Assembly: GCA_016748015.1 (NCBI GenBank)
Contig: JAAOMT010000299.1
Location: 657,090 to 721,089 of the forward strand
DNA: 64,000 nt
Direction: 5' to 3'
Origin: Geosiphon pyriformis uo1
Lineage: Eukaryota > Fungi > Glomeromycota
Part shown: positions 10,835-24,364 of the stretch, in pieces
Numbering within the stretch: position 1 is the first letter of the stretch
How the letters are laid out: the number at the start of each line of letters is the position of its first letter
Program-made: the position numbers and the translations under genes
Notes under the pieces: generated by a model
Database searches by the model: none
Seen by the model: the letters and a program-made list of their open reading frames with translations, nothing else
What the model was told of the DNA's origin: nothing

Positions 10835-13188
10835 TTTTTTTTTTTGTTAAAGTGTAGCCACACTGGTCGTTTATTAATTATGTCCACAGTAAAGTGGTAT
10901 TTTCACAAAGCCAGCTCACCCAATAATACAAAATCACAAGATGCGGCTAACCACAAGTGGAAAGCTCTAACTACATGCTAGTACTACCTATGCTACTTAA
11001 TGTATCAAACATATCTAATTCATACATCTTACCCATAATGCTAACAAGCTCATAACTATTCTTAACCATACTACTCATCCACTTAGCAGTCTGATCAGGA
11101 TTGGATTTGATACTAGGAGGCTGACCCTCCCACAGTTGCATCATCATATCAAAGATGTCATCATAGACTGAAAAGTTTTTACCCTCATCATTTTCATCAT
11201 CCATATCATCATTATTAGATGCATCTTCCAAGGAGATCTGATCACACTTTTTTGTCAGGGACTTAACATTTCTATTCAACATAGAAGCCACAGCAGCCAC
11301 AGCTTTAACTTGTTTTTCCAAACCAATCACACTTTCCCTCAATGTTATGTTCACAGCTGGTGAAATAGACAGCAGTTTGGTAACCAGCACAACCAGAGAA
11401 CCAACAGGTTCAATTATAGACTTAACCAACAATGCCAACTCATTGAGATGAGATTCCATAGAAGCCAATCTGGATTCAACAGCAGCAATTGAAACAGGGA
11501 GATACCAGAAAGAACAGGATCTATACCAGCAGCAGCAGCAGCAGGAGAAATCACAAAGGCAACAGCTTTGGCATAAGACTTAGCACTGGTGAATGAAGAC
11601 TTGAAAACTTTGGGAGTTGGAAACAAACTTGGGAGAAAGAGGTGGTGACACCTTGCAGTCCACAGCTAAATGATCCAAATCTTGACACCTGTAGCAGTGA
11701 TGGCATCCAGGAGTTTCCTACCAGATATGACAACCATGCAAGATACCAGTTTTTAATATAGCATTGTCCAAGGATTCCAGAGAATTAAAGGTAACCACAG
11801 CAAAACATTGATGTTGGTATGAATCAGGGGATCAGGAAATAAAACAGGTTTGGCCACCAACCTGGGAAACCAAATCACTAATCTCAAAGGCAGTACAACC
11901 AAAAGGAAGATTAACCAACTTAGCTTTAAATGCATCTCTTGAAGCAATAATCTCTCTTTGGCACTATCTTTTTTGACCAGCACAGACCAGTGTTTGAGAG
12001 CCTCAGCAGCAGAAGAAATGTTTTTGAAGTGAACTACAGTGTATTGCCACAAGCCAGCTGGCTTCAACTTAACAGAAGTGACAACACCAAAAATGCCAAG
12101 AGCAGCTTTGATGTTATCAGGAGAGGTACCCAAGGGAACATCATGAAGTGCAACAGACAGGGGAGAGGAAGACACAGAGGCCATACCAGAAGACTGTGCA
12201 ATCTTAAGAGTAGTTAGAAAAACCTCTTTACCAATGGCCACTTTGATGGCACCATTTAGACTTTCCTGAGATGCAAATTCCACACAGAACAACTTGACAG
12301 CATCTCATAAAACTGACTTAAGCCCAATACAACCAGGCAGCAGCTGAAACAAGGAACTAAGCAGGGCCATTTTGATCTTAAATGTACTACCAGCCACAAG
12401 ATTAGAGGCCACCCAACCAAAGAACCTTTGACAACCATTCACATTCTTCCAAGCACCACCATCAGCAGTGCCAAAAACTGGGGGAGGAGCAGTTGATTCC
12501 ATTTCCATCTGATCAGCCCAATCTTTGAGATCATCTGGAGTGATAAACTGTTTTGCTATTATGACAGGTGAAGATCTGCCGGAGAGTACCACATTAGGCA
12601 ACACAGCCTGTGGTTGATCTTTTCTTATCTTGTGAAATGTGCCATTGCTGTTATTATCCATATCAGGAAGAGGACTGACTGCTGCTGTGGAGATCTTTTC
12701 CAAGATCTCATCTGGAATTACAAAGAGATTTGGTGTTACCATAGCAATTGCGACTGTCTGCTGCTGTTTTTTGGAATTTTTGGCTTTTGCGGCCATTTGT
12801 GAAGCAGTAGTAGTAGTAGAAGTAGTGGTAGTGGTGAGAGCAGGAAAGACCAACTTGTTGACTGGTCTGTTATTAAAAATCTTTGGGCTTTTTGAAATGA
12901 TAGAAACAACACTGGGACTAACCCAAGTGTGTCTTTTTGAAAAAACTTTGACTGGAGAAGAACTTCCAGCCAAAAGAGAAGAAAATGAACCAGAAGCTGC
13001 TAAAGGCAGTTTTTCACTAGTGTTTTTTAAAGGAAATGTAGCCAGAACATTTTGTCTAGCTGCTTCAATAACAGAGAGATCCTCTTGTGTTGAAACTTTA
13101 TTAGTTACAATAGAAAAAGTAATGTTTGCAACTTTTTTACTCTTAGCTCTAGTTATGGTTATAAAATTTAGAAGAGAAAGAGTTTTTC
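10835..13188 (-). mobile_element. ORF1-only polyadenylated retroposon, copy H1 (full length), inserted in LINE-A ORF2
   Basis: 16-bp TSD CTGGTTCATCAGCAAT (10819-10834 / 13189-13204), poly(T) at the left end, single decayed ORF with RRM-like repeats, Cx2Cx4Hx4C knuckle and coiled coil. Confidence 0.92.
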
Positions 13189-13981
13189 CTGGTTCATCAG
13201 CAATACATACATTTCTTATGAAATCATTTCACAACATGTTGCCAACAGCAGAGGTGCTATACAACTGATGTCTTCTTGTATATCTAAACAATCTTTGCAA
13301 AATATGTCACAATGAAGTAGAAACCAATCAGCACTTTTGGGAATACCCAAGAGGACAAGATACTGATTGATGATATAAGAAATAGGTGAATATGGTGCCT
13401 ATTACAGGCTGTGGGAGGCGGGTGAAAAGTCTTGAACACTAATAAGAAGATTGTGCTGTCTAGTGAATACATTATGTCATTATTCAACATAGATATACTA
13501 TATAAAGGATTGATCAATAAGCAATTTGGGAGGATCAACACTTTTGCTGACATCAATCTAAAGACTAACAATAACATATTAGTTAAGATGTGTAAATGGG
13601 CAGTTACTCAGGCAAAAAAAATCCAAGGATATTGATAACAGAGTCAAGAGAAATCTATATGACAGCTCCAACATACATAACACATTAAGAGATAGTGGTA
13701 AGGATACTGGCAGACACATAGTAAGAATAGGTGAAGTATTTACACAATGTAATAACATACTGATTAGTTTTTTTTGTGGGAAGGGTACTTTGTGTAGTAG
13801 TGTGATATCTCATAGATTTTCTGGTTATACTAGCATGTAGTTAGGCATAACCACTTAATGGTTAGCCATATCTTGTAATTTAGATTATTGGGTAAGTTGG
13901 CTTTATGAAAAGGTCATGTTCTGTGAGTATGGCTAAACTAATAAAAGACCAGCATGGCTACACATTAACAAAAAAAAAAAA

Positions 13982-14680
13982 GGAAGTAGAGACCAACCAG
14001 CACTTTTGAGAATGCTCTTTGAATACTCAAAAAGGCAAAACACTGATGGATGAGATAAGAAATGAGTGGATGCAGTGCTTATCCAAGGCTGTGAGAGAGA
14101 AACATAAAACCATAGACTCTGGTAAGAAGATTGTTTTGTTTAAAGAGTACATTATGTCAACATCCAACATAGATCTGCTATGCAAAAGATTAATTGATAA
14201 GCAATTTGGAAAAATCAATGCCTTTGCTGACATCAATTAAAAGACTAACAATAATATACTAATTAAAATGTGTAAATAGACAGTGACTCAAGCAAAGAAT
14301 AGATTATAAGAAGAACATTACAAAGCACAAACTGAATAGGAAAAATCAATGAGTATTGATAATAGAAGTAAAAAAAACCCATCAATTGGGTCCAACATAC
14401 ATAAAGTATCAAGGAATAATGGTAATAATAACAGCATAGCCAAAGTTAAGATGAGTAATAGATTCACGTGATATAATGAGATACTGGCTAATGTTTTTTG
14501 TGATAAAATTACTTTATGTAATAGTGAAATATCTTATAAATTTTTTGGTTATACTAGCATATAGTTGGGCATAACCACTTAGTGGTTAGCCACATCTTGT
14601 AATTTAGATTATTGGGTGAGTTGGCTTTATGAAAAAGTCATGCTTTTTGAATGTGGCTGCATGTTAACAAAAAAAAAAAA
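13982..14680 (+). mobile_element. 3' fragment of a second LINE copy (LINE-B) with poly(A)
   Basis: EVETNQHF*EC..GKTLMDEIRNEW homologous to 13315-13981; same 3' tail with a short internal deletion; poly(A) 14669-14680. Confidence 0.9.
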
Positions 14681-15634
14681 GTTAAAGATCTCATGGAAAC
14701 CCCAGCACACATTACATTTGACCAACTAATGACCTATCCACAGTTTAAAAAAAATCTTCACAAATCACTGATTCCAAAGAAGAAAACACCAAAAACCAAT
14801 AAGCACTTTTGCCAAGCTGAACTTGCTAACAACAGCAATGTTACCCCTTTTATTTGTAAAGCCCAAGTGGCTGGTTATTTTATTGACTTGATCCTAGACA
14901 GTGGATCATCTGTTAGTGTAATTGCCAAACACTTTCTGGAAGCCATTGGAAAAAAGATTGATGAACCTTCTATCTGGCCTATAACCAATGTACATAGTGA
15001 CAAGAAAAAAGGCCTGGGCATAACTAAAACTGTTCCTGTTCACATTAATGACATTAGCATTGAAACTAACATGGAAGTATCTAAAGCAAAAGAGTATACC
15101 ATTATTGTTGGTAATGAGTGGCTCAAGAAAACCAAAGCACTACTTGACTATGAACTTTGTGAGCTAACCATTAGATGTAATGAGAAACCTATTGTGGTTA
15201 AGTACTATTATTGGACAACTTCTCTAGTAACCAAACAGAATTAAGAAAAACAATCAGATAAATCAGATAATAATGAGAGTAATGATGAAGAAGATCAAAA
15301 AAAACAAGAAGAAACTACTAAACTTGCCTATACTATCTTTATCAACAATGGCAAGCCACTAAACAATATTAAAGCTGACAAAGAAAGAATTATGGTAAAT
15401 GACAAGCTGATCTGTTGGCCCTACTATGATATTCTCAGAAAAATCTTTGATAGAAAGCCTGGCAAGAAAGCCAAATACAGCTATTGATGGCATAGTTTTT
15501 GTGCCAAATGCTGGTGCAATAAACTTTTATATTCTCTTAGTGATGAATGCAAGTTCTGCCTAATCTATTACAAAAATTGAAAGCCAATTAGTTTAATACT
15601 TAGAGAAAAACTAAAAGAAGTACAAAAGTCCTTT

Positions 15635-16068
15635 TTTTTTTGTTAATGTGTAGCCATGCTGGTCTTTTATTAGTTTAGCCACACTTACAGAGCATGATCT
15701 TTTCATAAAGCCAACTCACCCAATAATATAAATTACAAGATGTGGCTAATCACTAAGTGGTTATGCCTAACTACATGCTAGTATAACTGTAAAATCTATG
15801 GGGTATCACACTACTATACAAAGTACTCTTACCACACAAAGCATTAGTCAATATATTATTACACTGTGTGAATGCTTTATCCATTCTCACTATGCGTTTG
15901 CCAATATCCCTACTGCTATTCCTTGATGTGTTACATGTATTGAAGCCATCATGCAAATTCCTTTTGACTCTGCCATCAATACTCTTGGATTTTTTCCATT
16001 CAGTTTGCAATTTGTACTGTTCTCCTTACAATCTATTCCTTGCCTAAGTAACTGCCTATTTACATACA
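15635..16068 (-). mobile_element. 5'-truncated LINE copy (LINE-C), ORF2 C-terminus and tail
   Basis: TSD AAAAGTCCTTT (15624-15634 / 16072-16082), poly(T) at left, ORF 15771..16010 ending ..YSYTSM. Confidence 0.9.
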
Positions 16069-17588
16069 TAAAAAAGTCCTTTGAGAATGAACCACCTGAA
16101 ATTCAATCACTAGTTGTAAAACAAAAAAAACCTTCTCTTGAAAAAAGAAAAATAGACATTGAAAATCTGTTGGCTAGAAATAGCCCAGTTATCTTAAAAG
16201 AAGGTAACACCTCTGAATAAACCTATGTGATACAATATACCATCACCACCAAAGAAACTTGTTCCATCCATTTGAAGTCTTATCAATCCAATTAACACAA
16301 TAATGAGTTTATCAAGAAAGAAATAAGATCTTGGATTTATACAAAAAACCAAGAGTGAATGGGCTTTCCCAGTTGTAGTAATATTCAAGAAAGGTGGAAC
16401 CCTACATTTTTGTGTCAACTACCACTAATTAAATGCCATCACTATAAGAGACATGTACCTACTCCCCAAAATTGATGCAATACTAGATAAATTTAATAGT
16501 GCTGCTTTCTTCTCAACTATTGACTTAACTGCTGAATTCTGGCAAGTAGAGATAGATCCAAAAAGCAGAAAAAAAACTGCTTTCATTACCAAGTATGGCA
16601 CCTATGAATTCACAGTCATGCTTTTTGGTCTTATTAATGTCTTTCTGATCTTTCAACAAAGTATTTGAATCAGTAAAAGAAAACTTTGTTCTGGTCTACT
16701 TAGATGACATAATGGTCTACTCAAAAACCTGGAATGAACACCTTAAACATTTGCAGAAGGTTTTTGATCTGCTCAGAAATGCTGGCCTTAAGATCAACCC
16801 AATCAAATCTTTTTTTGGATACCAATCCACCCAGTTTTTTGGTTATCTTATTACAAAAGATAGAATTTTCTCTAATCCAGCTAAAATTAAAAAAGTTCAA
16901 AACATTAGACAACCAATAAATGTTCCTAAACTACACTTTTTCCTTGGTTTGGCTTCATACTATCACAAATTTATCAAGGATTTCTCCAAAATTACCTTTC
17001 TTTTCAATCAGCTACTCAGAAAAAATGTCAATTATTACTGGGGCACTTATCAACAAAAAGCTTTTGAAATTCTGAAGGAAAAACTTGTTACTAAACCAAT
17101 TCTCAAGCAACCTAATCTGGACCAATCTTTCATCCTCCACATTGATGCATTTGACTATAAACTTGGTGTTGTTCTCTCACAAAAAGATGAAGACAGCAGG
17201 GAACATGCTATAGCATATGCCAGTAGATCTCTTACACTAGCAGAAAAAAACTATTCAGTAACTAAACAAGAATGCTTAGCAGTAATTTGGGCTACTAGTT
17301 ACTGGAATCAATATCTTTTTGATGTAAAATTCTCAGTAGTAACAGATCATCAAGCTTTGGTTTGGCTGTGCAATAAAAAAAAGCTGGAACACAAATGAAT
17401 AACTCACTAGATACTCTACTTAGATAAATTTGACTATGATATTTAATACCACAAAGAAGCAAATCATCAAAATGCTGATGTTCTCTTTAGACTTACCATC
17501 CAGTGACAATACAAGCTTTTCAAACCAAACCAACTTAATTATTAGTAACTTCCTTTTTGACAAACACAATAATGGACTTGAACAATTA

Positions 17589-19949
17589 TAGCCAAAAAAA
17601 AAAACTCTTTTTCTCTTAAATTTCATAACCATGACTAAAGCTAAGAGTAAAAAAGTTTCAAACATTACTTTTCCTATAGTAACTAATAAAATTTCAACAC
17701 AAGAGGGTCTCTCTGTTATTGAAGCAGCTAGACAAAATATTCTGGCTACATTTTCTTTAAAAAATATTAGTAATAAGCTGCTTTTAGCAGCTTCTGGTTC
17801 ATTTTTTTCACCTTTGGCTGGTAGTTCTTCTCCAGTCAAAGTTTTTTCAAAAAGGCACACTTAGATTAGTCCCAGTGTTGTCTCTATCACTTCAAAAAGC
17901 CCAAAGATTTTTAATAACAAACCAGTCAACAAGTTGGTCTTTCCTGTTCTTACCACTTCCATTACTACTTCTACTACTACTGCTTCACAAATAGCCACAA
18001 AAGCAAAAAATTCCAAAAAACAGCAGCAGGCAGTTACAACTGCTATGGTCACATCAAACTCCTTCATGGTTCCAGATGAAATCTTGGGTAAAATCTTCAC
18101 AGTAGCAGCCAGCCCTCTTCCTAATATGGATGGTAATAACAATGGCTTATTTCCTAATATAAAACAGGATCAACCACTGGCTGTGTTGCCTAATATGGTA
18201 ATTTTCAGCAGATTTTCTCCTGCCATAGAAGCAAAACAGTCTATCATTTCAGATAATCTAAAAGATTGGGCTGATCAGATGGAAATGGAATCAACTGCTC
18301 CTCCCCCAGTTTCTAGTACTGCTGATAGTAGTGCTTGGGAGAATGTGAATGGTTGTCAAAGATTCTTTGGTTGGATGGCCTCTACTCTTGTGTCTGGTGC
18401 CATATTCAAGATCAAGATGGCCCTTCTTAGTTCTTTGTTTCAGCTTTTGCCTGGTTGCATTGGGCTTAAGTCAGTTGTATGAGATGCTGTCAAGTTGTTC
18501 TATATAGAATTTGCATCTCAGGAGAGTTTAACTGGTGCCACCAAAGTGGTCATTGATGATGAGATTTTTTTAACCACTCTTAAGATTGCACAGTCTTCTG
18601 GTGTGGTCTCTGTTTCTTTCCTCTCTTTGTCAGTTGCACTTCGTAATGTACTCTTGGGTACCTCTTCTACTGATATTAAATCTGCTCTTGGCATTTTTGG
18701 TGTTGTTACTTCTGTTAGGTTGAAGCCTGCTGGCTTATGGCAATATGCTGTGGTTTATTTCAGAGACACTTTTTCTGTTGCTGCTGCTCTTACTCACTGG
18801 TCTGTGCTGGTAAAAAAAGACAGTATTAGAATTCTATCTCTAGTTAACCAGAATGATGTTCTTTTTTTAAGAGATGCTTTTAAAGCCAAGTTAGTTAATC
18901 TTCTCTTTGGCTGTACCACCTTTGAGATTAGTGAATTGGTCTCTTAAGTTGGGGGCCATACCTGTTTCATTCCTTGCTCTCCTAAGTCATACCAATGTCA
19001 ATGTTTTGCTGTGGTTATCTTTAATTCCTTAGAATCTTTGAACATTGCTGTTTCAAAAACTGGTATCTTACATGGCGGCTGCATCTGGTGGAAAACTTTT
19101 GGATGTTACTGCTGCTATAGATGTCAAGGTTTGGATTATTTGGCTTTAGAGTACAAGGTGTTACCTCCTCTTTCTCCCAAAGTCTCTTCCAACTTCTCTG
19201 GTGGCTCCAAAGTGGTTCCTCCTGTTGCTGTTGCTGCTGATACAAACTTAGATCTTGGTGGTCCCTCTTCAACTACAACACTCAGGTTGTCTGCTGTTTC
19301 CTCTGCTCTTAATATTGCTGTTGAAGTTAGGTTGGCTTTTCTGGAATCTCATCTTGGCAAACTGTCTTTGCTGATAAAATTCTTGGTTGAATCTGTTAGT
19401 GCTCTAGTTGTATTGGTTACCAAATTGCTGTCTATTTCACCTGCTATAGATGCATTAGTTAAGAAATGTGTGGATGGGTTGGCTAAGCAAAATAAAGGCT
19501 TGGCTGCTGTTGCCACTATAATGTAAAAAAGAATGACACACCTTAAGAAAATATGTAAACAGACCTGCCTGGAAGATGGATCAGATGTTGATGACATGGT
19601 TGATGATGTTGATGACAATGACGATGATGATGTTATGATGCACTTATGGAAAGATCAGCCTTTCAAGATCAAATCCAGTCCTGATCAGACTGCTAAGTAG
19701 ATGAGTGATATAGTTAAAAATAGTTATGAGCTTGTTAGCATTATAGGTAAAATGTATGAATTAGATATGTTTGATACATTAAGTAGCAAAGATAATACTA
19801 GTGTGTAGTTAGGGCTTTCCATTTGTGGTTAGCTGTATCTTGTGATTTTGTATTATTGGGTGAGCTGGCTTTGTGAAAAGGTCATGCTTTTTGAGTATGG
19901 CTAAACTAATAAAAGATCAGTGTGGCTACATGTTAACAAAAAAAAAAAA
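17589..19949 (+). mobile_element. ORF1-only retroposon copy H2 (full length), inserted at the start of G1b integrase
   Basis: 14-bp TSD GACTTGAACAATTA (17575-17588) / GACTTGGACAACTA (19950-19963); ATG at 17631 (MTKAKSKK); poly(A). Confidence 0.92.
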
Positions 19950-21516
19950 GACTTGGACAACTACTTTGTCTTAATAAAATTTTTGGGTAAAGGACAATAC
20001 CCATCAGAATATACTCAACAACAAAAAAATATTTGCAAATTTTTATTTAATCTGCCAGAACCAATAATATAAAAGAAACAGAAAAGATTCTAACCACTCT
20101 CAGAGAGTCATCAAATTTGAAGAAAAAGAAATTGTAATATACAACATGCACACTGACCTATTAGTTAGACACTTTAGAAAAACAAAAACAATTCAGAAAA
20201 CTTTAGCTCACTATTATTGACCTACCTTAAGAAAAAACATTACTGAATACATTAAAACCTGTGACATCTGCCAAAAATGAGACAAACCCAATTGCAAAGA
20301 AGATATCCATCCAATCTCTGTTGGTCAACCATTTGACAAAATTGATATAGATGTTGTTGGATCTTTAACAATAACTCCTGATGGCAACAGATACATTATT
20401 ACAATTACCAACTATCTTACAAAGTAGGTAAAAGCAAGAGCTACTCCAGACCAAACAGCAGTCTCAATAGCCAATTTTATTTATGAAAATATTATCTGCC
20501 ATTATAGCTGTTTCAAAGAACTTTTATTTGATAGAGAAAGAGCTTTTCTCAGTATACTAGTTAAAGAACTTTGTAGAAAAATGGGAATATGTCATAAACT
20601 TTTTTCTCCTTACCACTCTTAAACAAATGGCCTAGTAAAACATTTTAATAGAACACTATGTGAAACTCTAGCCAAAAACAGTGAAGAAATAAACTTATGA
20701 AACAAAGTACTGTCTTCAGCTTTGTTTGTTTATAGAACTGTGAATTATGACATAACAAGTTATGAATTTTTTTATTTGTTCTATGGATGCATAACAACAA
20801 TATTAATAGAAACTAATATTGAAACAATACCCTTTGAAGAAATTACAATAGGAAATTATAAAAACATTTTGCAAAAAAGACTTGGTACCATTCTTAACTT
20901 CCTAGTTGAAACACAAATAATTGCTTTTGAAAAGATAAGACAGTTTCAAGAAAAGCTTAAGAAGAAGAAAACCTATAAAACACTTTTTTTAAGTGTTGGT
21001 AACTTGGTATTGGAATACTGTTTAGACAAAGACAATGTCTATGGTGATAAATTCTCTAGCTGGTGGAAAGGACACTTTTTAGTCAACAAATTTTTGAACA
21101 ATGGTTCTTATATTTTTCAAAATCAATCCAGAACAATCTTTAATAATCATCCTGTTTATAGTACATGACTTAAAAAATATTATAAATGATCTGATTGGTT
21201 GTCTATTATAATAATACTAACCCAAATAATCAGCAAAAATTAAGTATAAATAAATGCATTATTCCCAAAACAAAGGTATCATCAATTAACATGAACAATT
21301 ATTTTTTGGATCAAAACATTCAAAACACTTTCTATACTCTCTATAAGTATTGGATTAAAACCTATTCAAATACTACTCTGACTATTAGAAAACAAACAAC
21401 CATAACTGATAACAGTAGAACACATACTGTTATTAGACCAAAGAAAACTACTATCAGAAGAGAAAGATTGGTAGCAAAATGGATAAATATCTATTAGAAA
21501 GTATAACAGCAGCTAT

Positions 21517-23951
21517 ATAAAAAAAACTCTTTCTTTCCTAAATTTTATGATCATGAATAGAGTTAAGAGTAAAAAAGTTGCAAACATTACTTTTCTTATA
21601 GTAATTAATAAAGTTTCAACATGAAAGGGTCTCTCTGTTATTGAAGCAGCTAGACAAAACGTTCTGACAACATTTCCTTTAAAAAATAGTAGTGAAAAGC
21701 TGTCTTTAGCAGCTTCTGGTTCATTTTTTTCACCTTTGGCTGGTAGTTCTTTTCCAGTCAAAGTTCCTTCCAAAAAACACACTTAGGTTAGTTTCAGTGT
21801 TGTCTCTACTGCTTCTAAGAGCCCAAAGATTTTTAATAACAGACCAGTCAACAAGTTGGTCTTTCCTGCTCTCATCATTTTTACTATTACTTATATTACT
21901 ACTGTTTCACAAATAGTCACAAAAGCAAAAAATTCCAAAAACAGCTGTAGGTAGTTACAACTGCTATGATTATACTGAACTCCTTTGTGGTTCCAGATAA
22001 GATCTTTGGTAAGATCTCCACAGTAGCAGCCAGCCCTCTTTTTGATATGGATGACAACAGCAGTGGTATATCTTCCAAGATGGGCCAAGATCAACTACTG
22101 GTTGTGTTGTCTGATGTGGTACTCTTTGGCAGATCATTACCAATTTCAGTAGCAAAACAGTACATCAATCCAAATGATCTCAAAGATTGGGCTGATCAGA
22201 TGGAAATGGAATTAACTGTCTCTTCCCCAGTTTCTGGTGCTGCTGATAGTAGTGCTTGGGAGAATGTAAATAGTTGTCAGAAGTTCTTTGGTTGGATGGC
22301 CTCCAATCTAGTACCTGGTGCTATATTTAAGATTAAGATAGCTTTGCTTAGTTCCTTGTTTTAGTCACTGCCTGGTTGTATTGGGCTTAAGTCAGTTTTA
22401 TGAGATACTGTTAAGTTGTTCTGTGTGGAATTTGCATTTCAGGAAAGTCTAAATGGTGCCACCAAAGTGGCTATCAGTGATAAGGTTTTATTAACCACTT
22501 TTAAGATTGCACAGTCTTCTGGTGTGACTTCTGTTTTTTCTCCTTCCTTGTCAGTTACACTGCATGATATATCTTTGAGTACCTTTTCTGATAACATCAA
22601 AACTGCTCTTGGGATTTTTGGTGTTGTCACTTCTGTTAAGTTGAAGCCTGCTGGCTTATGACAATATGCTGTGGTTAATTTTGAAGACATTTCTTCTGTT
22701 GCTGCTGCTCTTTCTAACTGGTCTGTATTGGTCAGAAAAGATAGTGTTAGGATTCTTTCTATTGTTAACCAAAAGAAGGTTATTTTTTCAAGAGATGCAT
22801 TTAAAGCTAAGTTGGTCAATCTTCCATTTGGCTGTACTGCCTTTGAGATAAGTAATTTGGTCTCCTAAGTTGGTGGCCATACATGTTTCATTCTTCACTC
22901 CTCTGAATCTTATTGACATCAATGCTTTGCTGTGGTTACCTTTGATTCTTTAGAATCTCTGAATGTTGCTGTGTCAAAAACTAGTACCTTGTGTGATTGT
23001 TGCATCTGGTGGAAAACTTCTGGATGTTGCTGCTGCTACAGGTGTCAAGACTTGAATTATTTGGCTGTAGACTGCAAAAAGTTACTTCTTTTCTCACCCA
23101 AACTCTCTTTCAACATTTTTGGTGATCCCAAAAATTTCAAACCTTCATTTGTTGGATCTAAATCTTATGCCAAGACTGCTGCTTTTGTGGTTCCTCTTGG
23201 TGCTACTGCTGCTAATATGGACTTGGATCTTGGTGGTTCTCCCAAAACTGTGATATCCATGTTGCCTGCTGTTTCTTTTGCTCTCAATTCTGCTGTTAAA
23301 TCTAGGTTGGCTTCTTTGGAATTCTATCTTAGTGAACTATCTGTGTTGATAAAATCCTTAGTTGAACCTGTTGGTGCTCTGGTTGCATTGGTTACCAAAT
23401 TGCTGTCTACTTCATCTGCTGTAAATGTGTCAATTAAAGAATATGTGAATAAATTGGCTAAGCAAAATAAAGGCTTGGCTGCTGTTGCCACCATGATGCA
23501 GAAAAAAATGACATGCCTTGAGAAAATATGTGAATGGGCCTGCTTGAAGGATGGATCAAATGTTAACAACATGGTTGATAATGATGATGATAATAACAAT
23601 AAAGACTTTTCAGTTTATGATAACACCTTTGATGTTATAATGCACCTATAAGAAGATCAGTCTTCCAAGATCAAATCCAGTCCTAATCAGACTGCTAAGT
23701 GGATAAGTAGTATGGTTAAGAATAGTTATGAGCTTGTTAACATTATGGATAAGATGTATGAATTAGATATGTTTGATATATTAAGTAGCAAAAGTAGTAC
23801 TAGTGTGTAGTTAGAGCTTTCTGCTTGTGATTAGCTGCATTTTGTGATTTTGTATTATTGGGTAAGCTGGCTTTATGAAAACACTATATTACTGTAGTCA
23901 TAACTAATAAACAATCAGTATGGCTACACATTAACAAAAAAAAATAAATAA
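21517..23951 (+). mobile_element. ORF1-only retroposon copy H3 (full length), inserted in G1b ORF3
   Basis: 14-bp TSD ATAACAGCAGCTAT (21503-21516 / 23952-23965); CYRCQDLNYLAVDC knuckle; A-rich tail. Confidence 0.92.
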
Positions 23952-24364
23952 ATAACAGCAGCTATTCTTTTACCTTCTAGTACAATTAGAAAAACAATCC
24001 AAAAAATTTTGCCTATAGACAAAAATTTGTCATATGAAAGACAATTAAAACTCTATGGTTGCCTTGGAAAAATCATAAAGAATATGAAACTCATGAAGAA
24101 AACAACTTCAGAAATACAGGCAGAAATTTTGGGCATTATATGGTTAGATGTTCCAAGAGTTTTAACTATTGCTAGAAAAGCCAAAACTCTAATACAAAGA
24201 TTTGGTCTCTTGGATACAAAACTTATTTTGCCTTAAGTATTATATACTCTATCCACAAAAGATTTCAACAAACTAGTTAGCTTTGAGTTTGATAAAACTT
24301 TTCAAATAGATTACACTATAAATAGCTTGATTTTGCTGGAGCTTAATCTCTTTGAAGAAGGTAA

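Larger units (their letters stand above)
1..13981 (+). mobile_element. Non-LTR retrotransposon (LINE-A): ORF2 with RT, RNase H and C-terminal Zn knuckle, 3' UTR and poly(A); 5' end lies outside the window; interrupted by two insertions
   Basis: Three segments (1-1141, 8718-10834, 13205-13981) join across the TSDs into one ORF2. Motifs: KASGPSG..WRVAQVILISKP..RLITLIES..FQDMKKTYDSV (RT), HLAFVDDT (catalytic), YLGVWI, TDGS..TEAK..DSQ..KVAAHTG..NEKTDKLAK (RNase HI), CKIC..ETNQHFWE. AATAAA and poly(A) follow at 13970-13981. Many stops and frameshifts. Confidence 0.93.

Noticed and set aside
12300-12310. Stop at SV(L/V)*DAVK shared by H1, H2, H3 and H5 as a programmed two-ORF split
   Set aside because: The frame continues in phase and the site fits convergent decay of a CpG-rich codon pair (CGA to TGA/TAA); needs a consensus to be certain
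12639-13268. Recurrent long antisense ORFs over the ORF1-element 5' region (also 17420-18142, 50356-50892, 51574-52113)
   Set aside because: Boundaries are not conserved and run into flanking DNA; they are shadows of the sense ORF
13900-13960. Hammerhead ribozyme in the shared tail (GAAA ... CTAATAA as decayed CTGATGA)
   Set aside because: No stem I or cleavage triplet in the needed order; AATAAA is invariant and placed like a polyadenylation signal
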